From Ginkgo biloba (Eukaryota; Plantae; Ginkgophyta): a DNA stretch of 59,742 nucleotides. The notes beneath the pieces were generated by a model. That model had not been told where the DNA came from. It worked only from the letters and a program-made list of their open reading frames with translations, and searched no databases. Below, in pieces: positions 1-14,398 of this stretch. The DNA lies in contig JANKJI020000002.1 of assembly GCA_024626585.2 (NCBI GenBank), positions 173,988,614 to 174,048,355 on the forward strand. The letters run 5' to 3'. How positions within the stretch are numbered: the stretch's first letter is position 1; each line of letters begins with the position of its first letter. The position numbers and the translations under genes were made by a program.

Positions 1-2050
1 TTTGATATTCATTTGATGATGCCATTAAGTATTGTAGGTGAACAATTTTTTATATGTTGATTTATTCAAATAGTTTGGTAATACCATCATATTGGATAAG
101 TAGTGTATTAACTTACTCCCAAAATCTAAAGTAACCTAAATAAATCTCACACTTAAATCCTATGAGATTATCTTAAAAGAGTGTTCAAAAACCCATTCTT
201 CCTAATTTACCATGTTTTTTATCTACTAGCAAAGTTGGACTAGATGGATATTTTCGTCATCATATCAACTTCATTAGTATATAATATTATCTCCATTCCT
301 CTTTAAGGTCATATTCTTCTTTTGTTAACTTTGATTTTTCCCATTTTGCCAATTAAAGTTAGACTAGCTAGCTCTCACAGTCATATTAGCTCCAATAATA
401 GGTGTTGTAGAATCAATCCCATCTTACAAATTAAATTTGGACTAGATGGATCTCTCCTTTATACTATCTCTAGTAATATATATTGAAGAGTTAACAACCT
501 CCTCTTATGCATCTTCTTCCTCATGCTATAATTTTTTCTATTAAGGCTAGAATGGTTGGCTAGTCATTGTTGTATTAGCCTCATTAGTAGAAGCTCTAGA
601 TTTATTCCTCCTTTTAAATCATACCAAAACCCTGTGTTACCTAATAGTCCCCAATATTTTTCATGATCCATGTATTATATTGAATTTTAAAGTCTAGACC
701 ATTCTTTCATATTGATTTTAGTGGAATAAATTTTGAGCTTATGGTCCCTTCTTTATTCTTTTTTACCTTATATCATTCCCCTTTCCTTACATATAAATCT
801 CACAAATAGTAAAAGTCTTCAAGTTTCTCCTTTTTTTTTATTTTGTAAATAATCAATGAAAACACCACCCCACTTACACATAATTTTTATTTTCATTTTG
901 TTCAATAAGGGAAATCAATCCCACTACAAAATGGATTTGTATATGTTGCAATCAAAGTGTGACTACTTGCGTTGAAGTTAATTACATTATGATGAACAAA
1001 CATTTTGACCCATAAACAAGTATCATATTACTCTTAGGACTTAATGGATGGATCAACTAAATATATTAATGGCCATGTTGATGTAAGAAATATTATATTC
1101 ATCTATAAATTTGAAGGATTATTATACATGAAGAAAAAGATATCATCCAAGTTATGCCTTTCATATACCATAGGAATCATATGTATATCTATACAGATAT
1201 AAAAATAAGATTCACCACACATCATCATGTTAATAATACAAAGAGATAGTAATACAAAGATAAATAAGTGAATGTATAACAAGCATACCTCCTAGGGTTC
1301 TCCCTCTATTACCTTGAGCCATAGACTTATTATCTCTTCATTTGAGACCCTCTCCTTATTGACCCTAGGTTGTGTTACATACTAATTTGACCTTTGGTCC
1401 ATATCCTAAGGTATATCCTCTAATATAAAGAGAGGTGATATCAATAGAGGGAACTCCCTAATCCTACATCCCCATCCCTATGCTCCTCCTATTGTTAGGT
1501 CATCCTCAATGAGGGGTACACCACTAATAACTATACCAAGAGAACTTTCTCCTCCCATTGTTCCACCCATTTTCCCTATCATAATTTCCTATAACTATGA
1601 TAATTATACATCTAAATCCCATTCCAATAAAAAATAAGGATACTCGACTCGAATAAAATGGTACATGAGTTCCTCCCTTCCTCTTATGAGAAGGATGAGG
1701 AGTAAATCTCTCATTGTCATCCCCCACCTCATCACAAGAGGATCATCTATATCTAATAATAATTTTTTTATAATAGTAATTCTCAAATAATGAAAATGAT
1801 AAAACAACCACACCAATAAAAGATAATTATAACTCAAGGGTTTGTATCCCCCCCTCCTAATACAACCCAACTAGTTAATCAATGACTCTAGAACATATTG
1901 TACCTAATCAAACTTGAATCCATTTATGCATATTTAAATCACTATAATCTAATAGGTTAATATCCCTCTAAAGTTTGAATATAAGAGATCTTAAAATAAA
2001 TAGAAGTGGTAATGATTTAGTGGATGATAGGGGCATGAGGATCACCCAAC
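1..2050 (-). pseudogene. Highly degenerate Ty3/gypsy gag-protease remnant, running off the left edge
   Basis: Minus strand gives weak motifs: I*HDDVW*ILF near 1200-1235 (gag HEDVxCRLF-like) and VTLDFGS near 115-140 (protease DSG-like). Many stops. Confidence 0.35.
231..620. repeat. Degenerate ~200-bp tandem duplication
   Basis: aaagttggactagatgga at 231 vs aaatttggactagatgga at 433; a second matching block at ~359 vs ~556. Confidence 0.55.
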
Positions 2051-5000
2051 ACTAAAATCTTGATGCCATGAGAGGTCATAATGCTAAGAGTCCTTTCTCT
2101 AAGGTATTATATAGTATATATATTGGTTTCTCATCCCCCAATCAAATCTACAAGCTTTGTAGTATAACTCACCCCCAAAATCTAATATGTATCTAATTTG
2201 GTGAGCCCCATATCATGAAATACTATGAATCTAAATAAATCAATAGTAGGGTCTTAATTCTCTACCAACTGATCAACCAACTACTAGTCAAATTTGAGTT
2301 GTGAGGTATGGAATTCCCTCCATATCCCACATCACCTCAAAGTGGCCACATCATCAATATTTAACTTACCTAATAATTCCTCATAAGACACCCATCATTC
2401 TCTTAATTTATGCATCTGAAGTATACTTTCATTAACAAACTAAGAAAATATTAATAAATAAAAATGAGATATAAAAAAACTATAAATAATGTTAAATTTT
2501 ATCAAAATTAAGTTATGTCAACTATTAATGTGCTTATGTTTGACTATGTTATTGATCAATCCACATAAGTGGCCACTATTAGATAGCATGACATCACCCA
2601 ACTTAGATACTTATCAACACGTCCATCAACAACCCAAAAATTTTGCATGCACTAATTTAAAATATATCAAAATTTGGGGTCATAAATAATCCCCCCCCAA
2701 AAATAATTGGTCAAAGTTAATTGTGGGACCCATAAGAATCTCAGTGTGAAAAATCATCATAATTCATCGACTAAATTGGATAATTTCTCAATCTCATTCT
2801 TATGGGCCCTTGTAAACCCAAAACTAGTCTATAAATAAAACATATATACAAAAAATACAAAAAATACTTATCAATAGCCTTTTCATATATGTCAGATCCA
2901 CTCTTGCTCTTCGATGTCTCTTGCAAGACTAAATTTTATCCCCTCTTCTCTAAAAGTGACCTTCAAAAGATTATATTTCTTCCATATGCAAAAGTTAAAT
3001 AAGTTACAAAGATAAAATCTAGTACTTTATATACTCACCTTTTTGGTTTTTGTGGCTAAGGAATGAATTGTAATTCATATAACTTGTGAGGTCAACTCTT
3101 TATTTTTCCCATTCACTTTGTCTTATGACTAAAATTTATTCATTTATTTATTTTATATATATTATTGGCATATATGTCCTTTCAGATAGTCGTATATAAC
3201 ATCTCTAATTATTTTTTTATTATAGGATTCTCTCAAAGTTGATAACAACTATATAATCATCAATATCCTTGACACCTTATTTAAGTTATGTCTCATAAAA
3301 AAGTTCCTCATCTTTTAGTTTGAATTATTCCTTACATTTTTTAAAGTATAACCTTGATTAAATCTCGATATCCATGTAGCCTATAATAATTAAAAAAGGG
3401 TTGTTTACCTCTCTCTCATAATTCTATTCATATGTTTTACATTCAAATATATGGTCATCTATGATTAATTAAAAATTCAGACTGAGTGTGGATTTGGGCA
3501 CTTGATAACCTTCAACTACTCTAATTTTTAACTACCTAAGTCATCTTAAACTACCACTCATATTCCTTGCATGATATTAGGACATTTGATTCTACCCAAA
3601 TTAACACACCCAAAATATAAACCAACTTATATCTTTATTACATATAAGGTATAAAAATGCCAAAATGGGGGAAATCCTAAAACAAGTTGATGGGAATTAA
3701 TAAATTCTCAACCAAATTGACTTACATATTTATTACCCTTGAGGTTAAAAATCTACCAAAATAGGAAAAAGTCTAAAACAATTTATTAAGCATAACATTT
3801 GGGTACAACCAATGGAATTCCTCTCAAGATCTTAAATAAGGTACAACTAATGGGTAAATAATTCTGAGAAATAACTAGGTTTCCAAGTCATATCCTCTCC
3901 TATAAATATCGAATTAACTCAAGTAATTAATTATCATTCATCTATAAATTAATATGAATGATCAACCATTAATTAGATTCATAGATGGAGGTATTAGATA
4001 AAACCCTATACCTTTAGTAGCTACTTAGATCATCAAAAATTTCTTGGGGGATGACTTGATTAATTTCAACTTTTTTATTCCCCATGAAAACAACAATATT
4101 ATTTAATATATTACAATGATCGGTGTTGTCATAGATTCCTTATCGCTGCATCCTTATAACATCACTCTATATACTTATTATATATTATTGTCAAATTAAT
4201 TAATTAGTCATGGGAGATTCTATATCCAAAGCTCCAAACTTATATGGTTACAGTAAGGACCCTCATGGGAACATTTCTAATAAGACATATTCAACATATG
4301 CTAAGGAGGCACAACATGGAAGTCTACTACTTGATCAATCAAAGTCTTTAAAAATTCATATGACACATCTTTAGTTAGATATTTATTTATCCCCTAATAG
4401 ATAATGTGCCAATGTCTCTTTAAGATAGAACATGTTTCCATAGAGACAACTCCATTAAATTTTAAGATCTATCATCTTATCAATTCTAGATTTATAATAA
4501 TCTTCTCATAATTTAGAATGCCAATCTCTCCAATAATTTTTTCTTCATTGGGGGATAATATATAATTTAAAAAATAGGTATTTAGATTTATTTTATATAA
4601 CAAGAGGTCATTTCTTACCCTCTACCTAAATATATGGTGGTGTATTAGGTTAAAACCATAATAAAAATTTTGTAATTACCCTTCCATGTAATTATTTTTC
4701 CATAAACTAATAAAATAAGTTGTTAACCACTTTTCATATAGGTCCTTGCCAATTCAAGTCACTCTTGATTACTAATTATGGATTATCTAAGTCAAGAAAT
4801 GGTCTTTGAAACTTAATAAATAGCCTAACCATATTTTCTATGTTTTCAATCCATAATTATATAAAATTAACCTTGTTTTTTATTACCATACTATTAGATG
4901 AAAACATAATTTAATACTACATTATTAGATGATGTAACTTTATAACTATGTTCTAATAAGTGAATGAACTAGTTTCTAACAGAAAATTAAAAAATAAAAT

Positions 5001-6615
5001 AACTTTTAGGAATTTAATCCCATATACAACTAAATGAAGATCATTCCCAACAGTTTAAACTACCTCAACCGAATTGGATTCCATCCATGAAGCGGTAATA
5101 TATCATTTGACTAAATCTAACCACTAATTATATCTTAACTCTATAAATAGGGATGAGTTTTAGTATTATGGGAAAGTCCAAACATACTATTATTATAATA
5201 AAATAATTGGAGAATTAACCTTTAGTCACATTGTTCTATTCAACCCACTCCATATTATTCTTTTCTTATTATTATAAGTTTCATCATGGATATTTGTATC
5301 CATTTCCCAAGATTTTATCACTCGTAGGATATCTTTAACTTAAATCCTACCATCTTTGTCTAGGTGTGTTGTTCAATCCTTTCCTCATCAAACTTATCTT
5401 ATTAATTCTATGACTTGTATCTTTGTCAAAATAATTAAATTTTAGATGAATGTTTGGAAGGGAAAGGATCAATTATAGTAAGTGGGAGATGACATCCATT
5501 AATATTACCTTGGCATATTCTCTTGGTATGGATTTATACTTTTTTCTATTGATCACTTTATAGAAAAAGAAAATCACCCTTATGTTTGTTATTATTTTCT
5601 TCTAAAATATATAAAGAGAAACCTATTTCATTCATTTTTTTTTCCTTTTTTTTTTTTTTTTCTTTCTTGTCCCATTCAAGATTTTAAGGAATCCCTTTCT
5701 TCATGCTTATTATATGCCAACAAGATAATTCATTTTTTCCAATAATTAGATCTAAAATAAGATCTACCTAGATCAAAATTCTATATTATTATAAGGTATT
5801 TATGCCTCAAACCATAATAGGTTAGGCTTCTTGATTCATTGAATATTTTTCTACCATCTACTTTATCTCATTCAACACTTAAATGGTTTCTTTTCTACAT
5901 ACCTATCATGTGATAGAAATATAATCTCTCTCACCCATTATTCAAATATGAAATCTGCTCAAAATATTATATTCTTATAATGAATTTTATTCATTGAGAT
6001 ATATAGGATTGAGCCTTTCCCTCAGTCTTATCTTTCCTTAGCATCTAGTATCCTTGTCTACACATGTAAAGGGTACAAGGATTTCTGAATTTCTTTCCTC
6101 AATTTCTTTTTTTTTCTATAATATAAAAGATTGAATATGGAATTATCAAGATAAGGATTTGAATGTGTCTTTTTTTTAATAGATTTATTCTTTTAACACT
6201 CTTACCCTCTCTCATTATTTTTTAGACAACTTAAAAATTTAGGAGGAAGGGAAGTTATGAATTTCTTCAATTATATTTACTATCATATGTTACATGATTC
6301 TTTCTCATATATTTAATTAATGAATAGGCCTTACATAGGGATATTTATTCCTATCACATATAAGGTTTATTTTAATATCCCTTTTAGGAATTTAATTATA
6401 TTCTAATATTTAAGCCTTAAATAAGGGTCTTATTATTCATTATTATCCTTATAAGTGATCCACTTATAATTGTACTTCACATTTTTCACATATTTCATAT
6501 TAATCATTTCTATATACATGTATTGGCATCTTTTATTTTAATAAGGGCAAGGAAATGGAAAATGGATCCTTTATTTATTTATTTTAGTGTTGAATAACAT
6601 AATTTAAAACACTTT

Positions 6616-7081
6616 TTCACTTCACACTATCACACACACTTATACCAAAACTATTCCATATGTTTTAAGTGAACTTAAGGAGTATCCAATCACCTCCCAA
6701 TGAATGGACTAATTTCCTATGTAATTTCATTGGGAAGGGTTAATTCCCATTACACAATTAACTTAGTTGTAGCTATGTTGGGTGTGGTATTTTCCCAANN
6801 NNNNNNNNNNNNNNNNNNNNNNNNNNNNNNNNNNNNNNNNNNNNNNNNNNNNNNNNNNNNNNNNNNNNNNNNNNNNNNNNNNNNNNNNNNNNNNNNNNTT
6901 CACTTCACACTATCACACACACTTATACCAAAACTATTCCATATGTTTTAGGTGAACTTAAGGAGTATCCAATCACCTCCCAATGAATGGACTAATTTCC
7001 TATGTAATTTCATTAGGAAGGGTTAATTCCCATTACACACTTAACTTAGTTGTAGCTATGTTGGGTGTGGTATTTTCCCAA
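6616..7081. other. Assembly artefact: ~183-bp sequence duplicated either side of a 100-N gap (6799-6898)
   Basis: 6616-6798 matches 6899-7081 except for 3 substitutions. Confidence 0.9.
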
Positions 7082-9370
7082 TCTATATTTTAGGATGGTA
7101 GTGATTATGCATCCTTAATATTTAAACTATAGTTATGTTTACAACTTTATATTACCCATTCATTTGAGGGTGGAATGTTATAAAGTGACAAATCTTAGTA
7201 TCCAACATAATAAATAGTGAATCCTAAAAAGTGACTTAAAAATTTAGAATCACAGTAAAAAATTATAGATGAAGTAAGTCTAAAATGTGTACATACCCAT
7301 ATATGAAGAATATCTTAGCAACTTATAGTGTAACAATTAATTTATTACACGGATCTTGGATTTCCATATTTAACAAATGATCAACAACCACAAAAAGATT
7401 ATCGTTTCCATGCTTAGTGGTAGTGAAATCATTAATAAAGTCAATGTAAATGTATTTCCATGGATATTAAGTAATGGATAGGGCCATGCATGTTGCTTAC
7501 TTTCTATGGCCAATTTAATAATGTAATAATCTATATAATACTTGATATGATTCTCAATATCTCATTTATGACTAATTGGAACTACTATAAATAAAACATC
7601 CACTTTATTTAATGGGTTTGTTTAATATTATATTAAAATGTAGGAATTTAAGAGGTTTTTTATTGAAGTGAATCATATTTTCCTTCCCTAATAGATAATG
7701 ACCTCAATACTTTATGACTTATACTATGATATACATATTAAAATTATAGATAGAATAACACTATAATAATACATTAATTCTATCATACTAATATATAATT
7801 GGATGTATTTACCATAAAAGAAAAACTACCAAGGCATACTCAAATGTATATATTTTAATATCAAATTGTATTTGTGAATTTGAAATGGTCTAGAACTAGT
7901 GCATCATAAACTATTTATTTTAGCATCTCAAAATATTTTTATTTCTTTTCTATCCATTCAAACTTAGTCCTTTTATATAAATTCAATAGATTATTAAGAT
8001 CCTAAGTAATATATGAAAATATAATAAATAAATTTATGATAGAAATTTACAAGTATAAGATAATACATAACTCAGTAAAATTTCTTAGTGGATTAAAATC
8101 CATGATTATTTTTATTTCATTAAGATCCACATGGATGCCATGCACATCCACTATATCCAAAGATACATAATCTTATTTATTGTGGAAAAATATTTGAAAA
8201 TATTATCTTGTAGCTTATTTTCTCTTAAGTGTTTCCAATATTTATTTTATATATCCCAAGTGTTTATACCATATGTGATTCTAAATAAGAATATCATACA
8301 AGTAAACTATGATTAATCTATCCACATAAGGCCTTAAACATCATTCAAGAGTCTCATATATGCTTCTAGTGAATTCATGAGACTAAATTCCATGATTAAC
8401 CATTCAAATAAATCCTACTTTATTTAAATTATTCTCTTCTAAGTATCTTCTTTCTTAACTATAACTTGATGATATCAAAACCTAATATATTTTATTGAAG
8501 TGGTTAACACTCTTCAAGTTGTAAAACAAATCATATATATAAGGAAGTCAATAATAGTTCTTTAAAATTACCTAATTAAATGATTTATAATCAATTCACA
8601 TTATCCAACAACCATCCTTTTTATGTAAAAGTATAATTAGGCCACTACATTAAGATGATATTAGAAAAATATGCCCCTTTTTAAGTAATCCTTGTAGTTA
8701 CCTCTTAATTTATTTATTAACTATAGTTGATTTCTTATAAATATCATTATTAAAAATAAGTGGCCTTACAACTAGATAAATTAAATATTGCACATGGAAG
8801 TTTGGACATAAATCAAAAGGGTCCATAAAGACATATTTATAATTTTCTAGCAATGTATTCATTTTCTCTTCTAATTTAAAATGAATAACATATAAAACTT
8901 TTGAATAAATTAGTTGACCTGAAGTATATTTAGATGGAGGTATTACAATAATAAGAAAAAAAATCTATGTATTATTAATCATAATCTTATATTTGGTGAT
9001 TAAATGAGTGTCATGTTGTCCTCTTATAGAATAATTTATTTTATCGCATAAGTGATACTATCCTTGAGTAGGTTGATTCAGTGTGATCTTACTTGATAAT
9101 TTAGATACCATTTACACCTAGAATGATTTCTAAAAATTACATCATATACATACAATAATACACATCAAAAATCATATCATACTTCATAGGATATATTCTA
9201 AATTCTAATTGATAGTGATAAGTAACCTAAAAATTCCCTTCCTTCTTACAACCACCAAATGTAGTATGGATTTATGTGAGGTAAAATAGAAAAATAAATT
9301 TGTTTGAATGTATCAATAGAGATTATATTTTTTTCCCTCCAATTATCAAATGTGGTAATAATAAAATTCC
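7045..9370 (-). pseudogene. pol: pol pseudogene (PR-RT-RH-INT), with the INT zinc-finger region largely deleted
   Basis: Motifs as above, in gypsy domain order, with numerous stops and frameshifts. Confidence 0.88.
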
Positions 9371-10656
9371 TACCAAATATATTTTTTGTGAGGAATAGCC
9401 CATCTCTCTTTGTTTGTATTGTAATAAATCTTAGGTCTTATGGATTAGCCATGGACTCCTCTTAACCTTTACTTGTAAGAAGTGTTTATGTAAGGTTTAT
9501 TTTTTGGTAGAACATTTTTTATTAAATTTAATGGATACCATATTATAATCACACCTCTTACCAATGTATTCATAATTCTTTCATTTTGGCTTCCATACTC
9601 CTTCTTATTGTCCTAGAGGATTCTGATCAACTTTGCTAGTACGTGTATCTTAAGGTTTAAATTTTTTTTATGTGGGTAGTATCTTTTCTAGATGGTTTCT
9701 TATCCTTGATTAATTTTTAGAATAAATAGTACTTGTATTTTATAAGTGCACCTGGATCAAATTTATCCTTGGACTAACAAACAAAATGGGTAGATTTTAT
9801 TGAATCTTTTCCTTTGATATATTTTTCAATCTCAATTGTAATTTGGAGACCCTCACCATTTATGTTAATTTTAAGGGAGAAAATTTCATCCTATATGTTT
9901 TTATATAGGCCTATTTTTTATTTGATAATCATTCTCTCCTTAGGATCTCAAATGACGAACCAAATTTCCAAGGTATAAAATTTATTATTATACTCTTTTA
10001 CTATTTAATATATTATTTTCCTAAGGCATTTCCATTAGATGATATTATTATCTAAATATATAATTAGGTATAATTTATAAATATATATTTAAAATATTCA
10101 TAAGATTTTAAATTTTCCTAATTTATCTTATTTTCCCTACTTACAAACTAATTCCCATCAAAATAAATAATTTTGTGAGAATTTTAATTTGGAAAATAAA
10201 TTTTTCCTTCATCATCAATGGAGTTAAATAATAAGTAAACCTATAACTATTACATCTAATAATCCAAGGCGTAAACATTAATTTTCTCTTTGAAACAAAG
10301 AATATCTATATTAATTTCAATTTTGAAGGGATTTTTTACTCTAAATGATACATCTAAAGTTTAAACTAGTGAAGGATTTTTCCTTCATAAAATTTGAAAA
10401 TGTTGCAAAGATTTATTTATTTTACTTCAATTATTCCTCTTTAACCACTTTTTTTAATACTTTAATACTAGTGTCCCTTGATCTTTACTCTAAAATTAAT
10501 AATTTCCTTCTTACATTATGGATGAAGCTTTAGTTTTTATTAGTTTAGGTGGTGAATAAAGTGGGGGGTTCTCCAATAAAACTCCCTTCCTCTCATATAT
10601 AGATCTCATCCACCTTTACATATAATTAAAAAGATGTGAAGATTTCCATAAATGTG

Positions 10657-10668
10657 AATTTGATATCA
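10657..10668 (-). promoter_or_regulatory. Degenerate PBS (tRNA-iMet type)
   Basis: Plus strand aatttgatatca resembles gctctgatacca, directly next to the LTR edge tgatc at 10672. Confidence 0.5.
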
Positions 10669-10671
10669 AAT

Positions 10672-11563
10672 TGATCTAAAAATATAGATAAATATTTGGG
10701 TAACTAACAAACAATATCAAAATATATTTAGTTAATAGTGCAAAAAAATTAATAGTTTTATATTATAGGTTGAATGATATTTTTTATCATCTCTTTGCAC
10801 ATTAATAAACTAAGACATAACACTTGTAAGTGTGTTCGATTACATAAAAATATTTATAAGTATATCATTACATATTGTAATAAAAAATAAGATTTTATGT
10901 GTGAGAATTAAACAAGTGAGAACCTATGGTAAAACTTTATTAGATGTTGGGTTGTATTGTGTTTAAGGTAGATATGATAACTCTTTTATTTTCTCTTCCA
11001 AACTTGTATACCTACAAAGAAATAGAAGGAAAAATACCCATGAAATTAAAAAAAAAATCCCTTTTAAATAATAATTTATAACTCCCCATATAAAATATAT
11101 GCAACAAAAAATATTTATAAATATATATTAATTTTATTATTTTTATTTCTCTCTATTTTTTACAATGATTTTATATTTTCCATGTTGTTTATTGACATAG
11201 TGATATATGATAAGTATTTTAGTAATATAATTATATCCATAGTTCCATTTTTTTAGTTTTTTATATAATTATAAATGTAATATAAATATTTTTAACTTAT
11301 TTGATAACCATTTGATAATTCTTGATAATTTTATCCCAAATTATAGTAGAAAACTTTTATGATGTATAAAAACCACTTAAAATTTTCTAGACTAGGTAAT
11401 AGATAGAATACAATTTGTCCCATTAAATATTATTAAAATATTATAAAATTTAGCAAGTTCTTTGTTGCATATATTTTACACCTTTATATAAATTTTAATC
11501 CATTTTGACATGATTTAACTCTATTTCATAAACTTGATCAAAGAAGGACAAGAATTCTTAACA
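10672..11563 (-). repeat. 5' LTR of gypsy copy 1 (right end approximate)
   Basis: Non-coding, lies beyond the PBS and aligns with 20727-21565. Confidence 0.6.
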
Positions 11564-11819
11564 TTTTATACATTGACACATCTTGAAAATATTTATTGTA
11601 ATAAGTGCTTTAATATAGGAACTTCTTATGTCCACTCTTTTTTCACTCCATCTCAATTTTAAGTGGGAAAATTGTTAAGAAAATAACTTTTGTAATGGGG
11701 GAGAAGTAACTAATAAGAGAATAAATGGTTCATAGTAGGAATTACAATGAGTAATATATTGCTAAATTATAACCATTATTTTCACATTATAATAACTATA
11801 AACGCCATGAATAATATTT

Positions 11820-14398
11820 TCTAGCTACTCTTCATAATTTTGGGGGAAAAGTTATGGATATATTGATGATTTTATCTTTTAATTTTACATCCTTTGAAGA
11901 AGTTATGTTTAAGTCATATTTTCCCATAACATACAACTCGTTACTTCCACTATAAAAATAAAAACATCATATTCATTAAATATCCTAACTAATCAATCTA
12001 TCAACATGTCAAAATAAATAAAGAGAAGATATCTTTCAACTAAAATAGAAGTAGGATAAGTCCATGAAAGACTATATTAAATTCTCTAATAAGCTCATGG
12101 GAATAAATCCAAAATATGGGAATGATAAATCTAATTTGAACATTATCTTCTTAGCAAGTATACAACTTAGTATTTGAGTGTAGTTGAAATTAATTATTCA
12201 AGAGACACAACAACTAATTTTTTAACAAAATATCAAATATCTATATTTATAATATTCAATAGGTTAAAATAAATGGGAAGTAAATAAACTTATACATAAT
12301 ATATTTTTAACCTATGGGTTCAAGTTGAAATATACAACTAAATTCTAACATTGTTAATCAAGATAAATTGAATAATCTACTATTTGATGTCAAATAATAT
12401 GTTTTGTCTTTATTAATATCACAACTTATAAATTTGGATATTAATATTAAGAAACCTAATTTTGTAAATTAAATAGCATTGGATACCTTTTTATCAAAGT
12501 ATTAACAAAAGCATATGGTTAATGATTATTTATGTAATATGAATTTAATATGAAAATTATAAAGAAGATCATTTAGAGAAGGATTTATCAATATTAAAGG
12601 AATTAAAAGAAGTAATTAAAATCACATCAATAATAAAGGATATAAAGAACCAAATAAAACAATTAAGTAATTCAAATCATATCATATTCTTACTCTAGGT
12701 ATATGTATCAATAAAATGCTTATGGTCTTAGTGATTTATCTTATTATAATCATTGTAGTGATTTTAATAATATGAATTCTTCTAGGCCTCCTTATTGAGT
12801 GTAACCATAATATTACCCTCCTATATAATCGATGATGTAAAATTAACCTCCCCCTTCTTTTTATTATCACCCTTTTAAAGGAAAAATATTTGAATAACCT
12901 AATAGATAGCATGTCTATGAATAATAGTGCATTTATCTTATATAGTATTTACCTTATCTTATATCACAACCAACCAAGTGATTATAACTTTATTCTCTTT
13001 AAGATGCATTGAAAGTTATATTATTAGTATTTCCAACCCAAGTAGTTCCCAACCCTATAGGATCCACACAATAATAGTATTATATATTTTATAATGATAT
13101 TAATAGAACTTTAACTTAGAAAAGAATTTTAGTACACATATAAGAATCATAAGATAAAACCATACATGTGAAGAGAGAAATAATTGAAATCATTTGGGAA
13201 AAATATTAAAGGGACTAAATATTAAAAATGTGAAGAGAGAGAGAGAATTAAAATCATTAAGGAAAAAAAGGATATCATTGACCCAACCTTGGATCCTCCA
13301 TTTCCAACTCGTCTTCTACATAAGTAGAATCCAATATTCTATTTCCATGAAATTAGAAAATAAAAAGGAAGGAAAATATGAGGATCATTTCAATTAAGCT
13401 AATGATTTGAAAAATATATTTATTTAAAAAGCCCTTTCTCATATTATCATATATGCTCTAATATATGTACAATAAGGTTGAAATATATTTTATAAAGGAC
13501 AAAGTAAGAAAATAAATCTTGTCAAGATCAAGATAGTATAAGCTACATCTACTATTCTCTTTAGGAAATACCTAATGAAAAAAAATATATATAAACAAAA
13601 TTCACTTGTGGGAACATCAAGTGGCAACATAAAAATACCAAATATATGAATTGATTTAGAGTATTACACTAATATGATGATAGTAAGACCAGAAAGGAAT
13701 TGTACTTTAGGGAATTTTAAAATACTTATATAATGTTATAGATGACAAATTGATTAATAGTGTAGCTAGAAGGAATTATTATTAATGTTCTAATTTATGT
13801 AGCTAATTGGGGGTTTCTAATAGATTTTGTGGTCTCAAAATATAAAAAGAGTCTTAAAGGATACCCCATTATGCTCAATAGGATTTATCTTACCACTACT
13901 AGTGTATTAATAACTTGTTCAAGAAAACAAAATAGTTTGTGTACATGGAAGTAAGTACCAATATTTGACTTTTTTTCAAGTTTCACAACTATTTTATGCC
14001 ACTCTTAATAAATAAGTATAATGGCTATAATATTATGAGGATTTGGATGATGATATTAATGGTTATCAATTTCCAACTTATAATTATAACTATGATGATG
14101 AATAATATATTTATTAGACCATATCATGGATATTTATGAAGAATTCAAATAAGGTGATGAGGATGTTGAACTTTATAAATTATTGTAAGCATATAATTTA
14201 CATTCTAACAAGATCTTAAACAATTATTTTATGATATAGAAAGAAAATAAGTATTTCATAGTCCTATATAAATAACACCTTAAAACACTTAATATGGAAT
14301 ATAATCAATCTCTGCTAATTAGAAGTCAATTATTACACGAGAAAATAGAGAAGGATTTATAAATATTATAAAATTATAAGAAAATAGTTTATTAGAGT
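11820..14398 (+). pseudogene. gag: Athila-like gag-protease remnant, copy 1 (truncated before RT)
   Basis: Aligns with 22540-26170; gag region ~12010-12200 and protease ~13580-13900. Confidence 0.75.

Larger units (their letters stand above)
7045..11563 (-). mobile_element. Degenerate Ty3/gypsy retrotransposon, copy 1 (5' LTR-PBS-gag-PR-RT-RH-partial INT; 3' end missing)
   Basis: Minus-strand translation: gag ~9600-10530; PR ~9050-9370 (PHINPYYIWWL); RT ~8100-8800 (KKDGCW..IDYK, GLFEWLIM, VYLYDILI); RH ~7640-7920 (GHYLLGKE..IH); INT ~7045-7600 (FVVVDH, FHPQMNG). Confidence 0.9.

Noticed and set aside
3650-3790. Short ~95-bp-period similarity (ccaaaat.gg..aa.tc.taaaacaa)
   Set aside because: Too short and degenerate to interpret.
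6241-6700. Purine tract aggaggaagggaag followed by a possible LTR
   Set aside because: No clear TG..CA termini, partner LTR or convincing upstream integrase.
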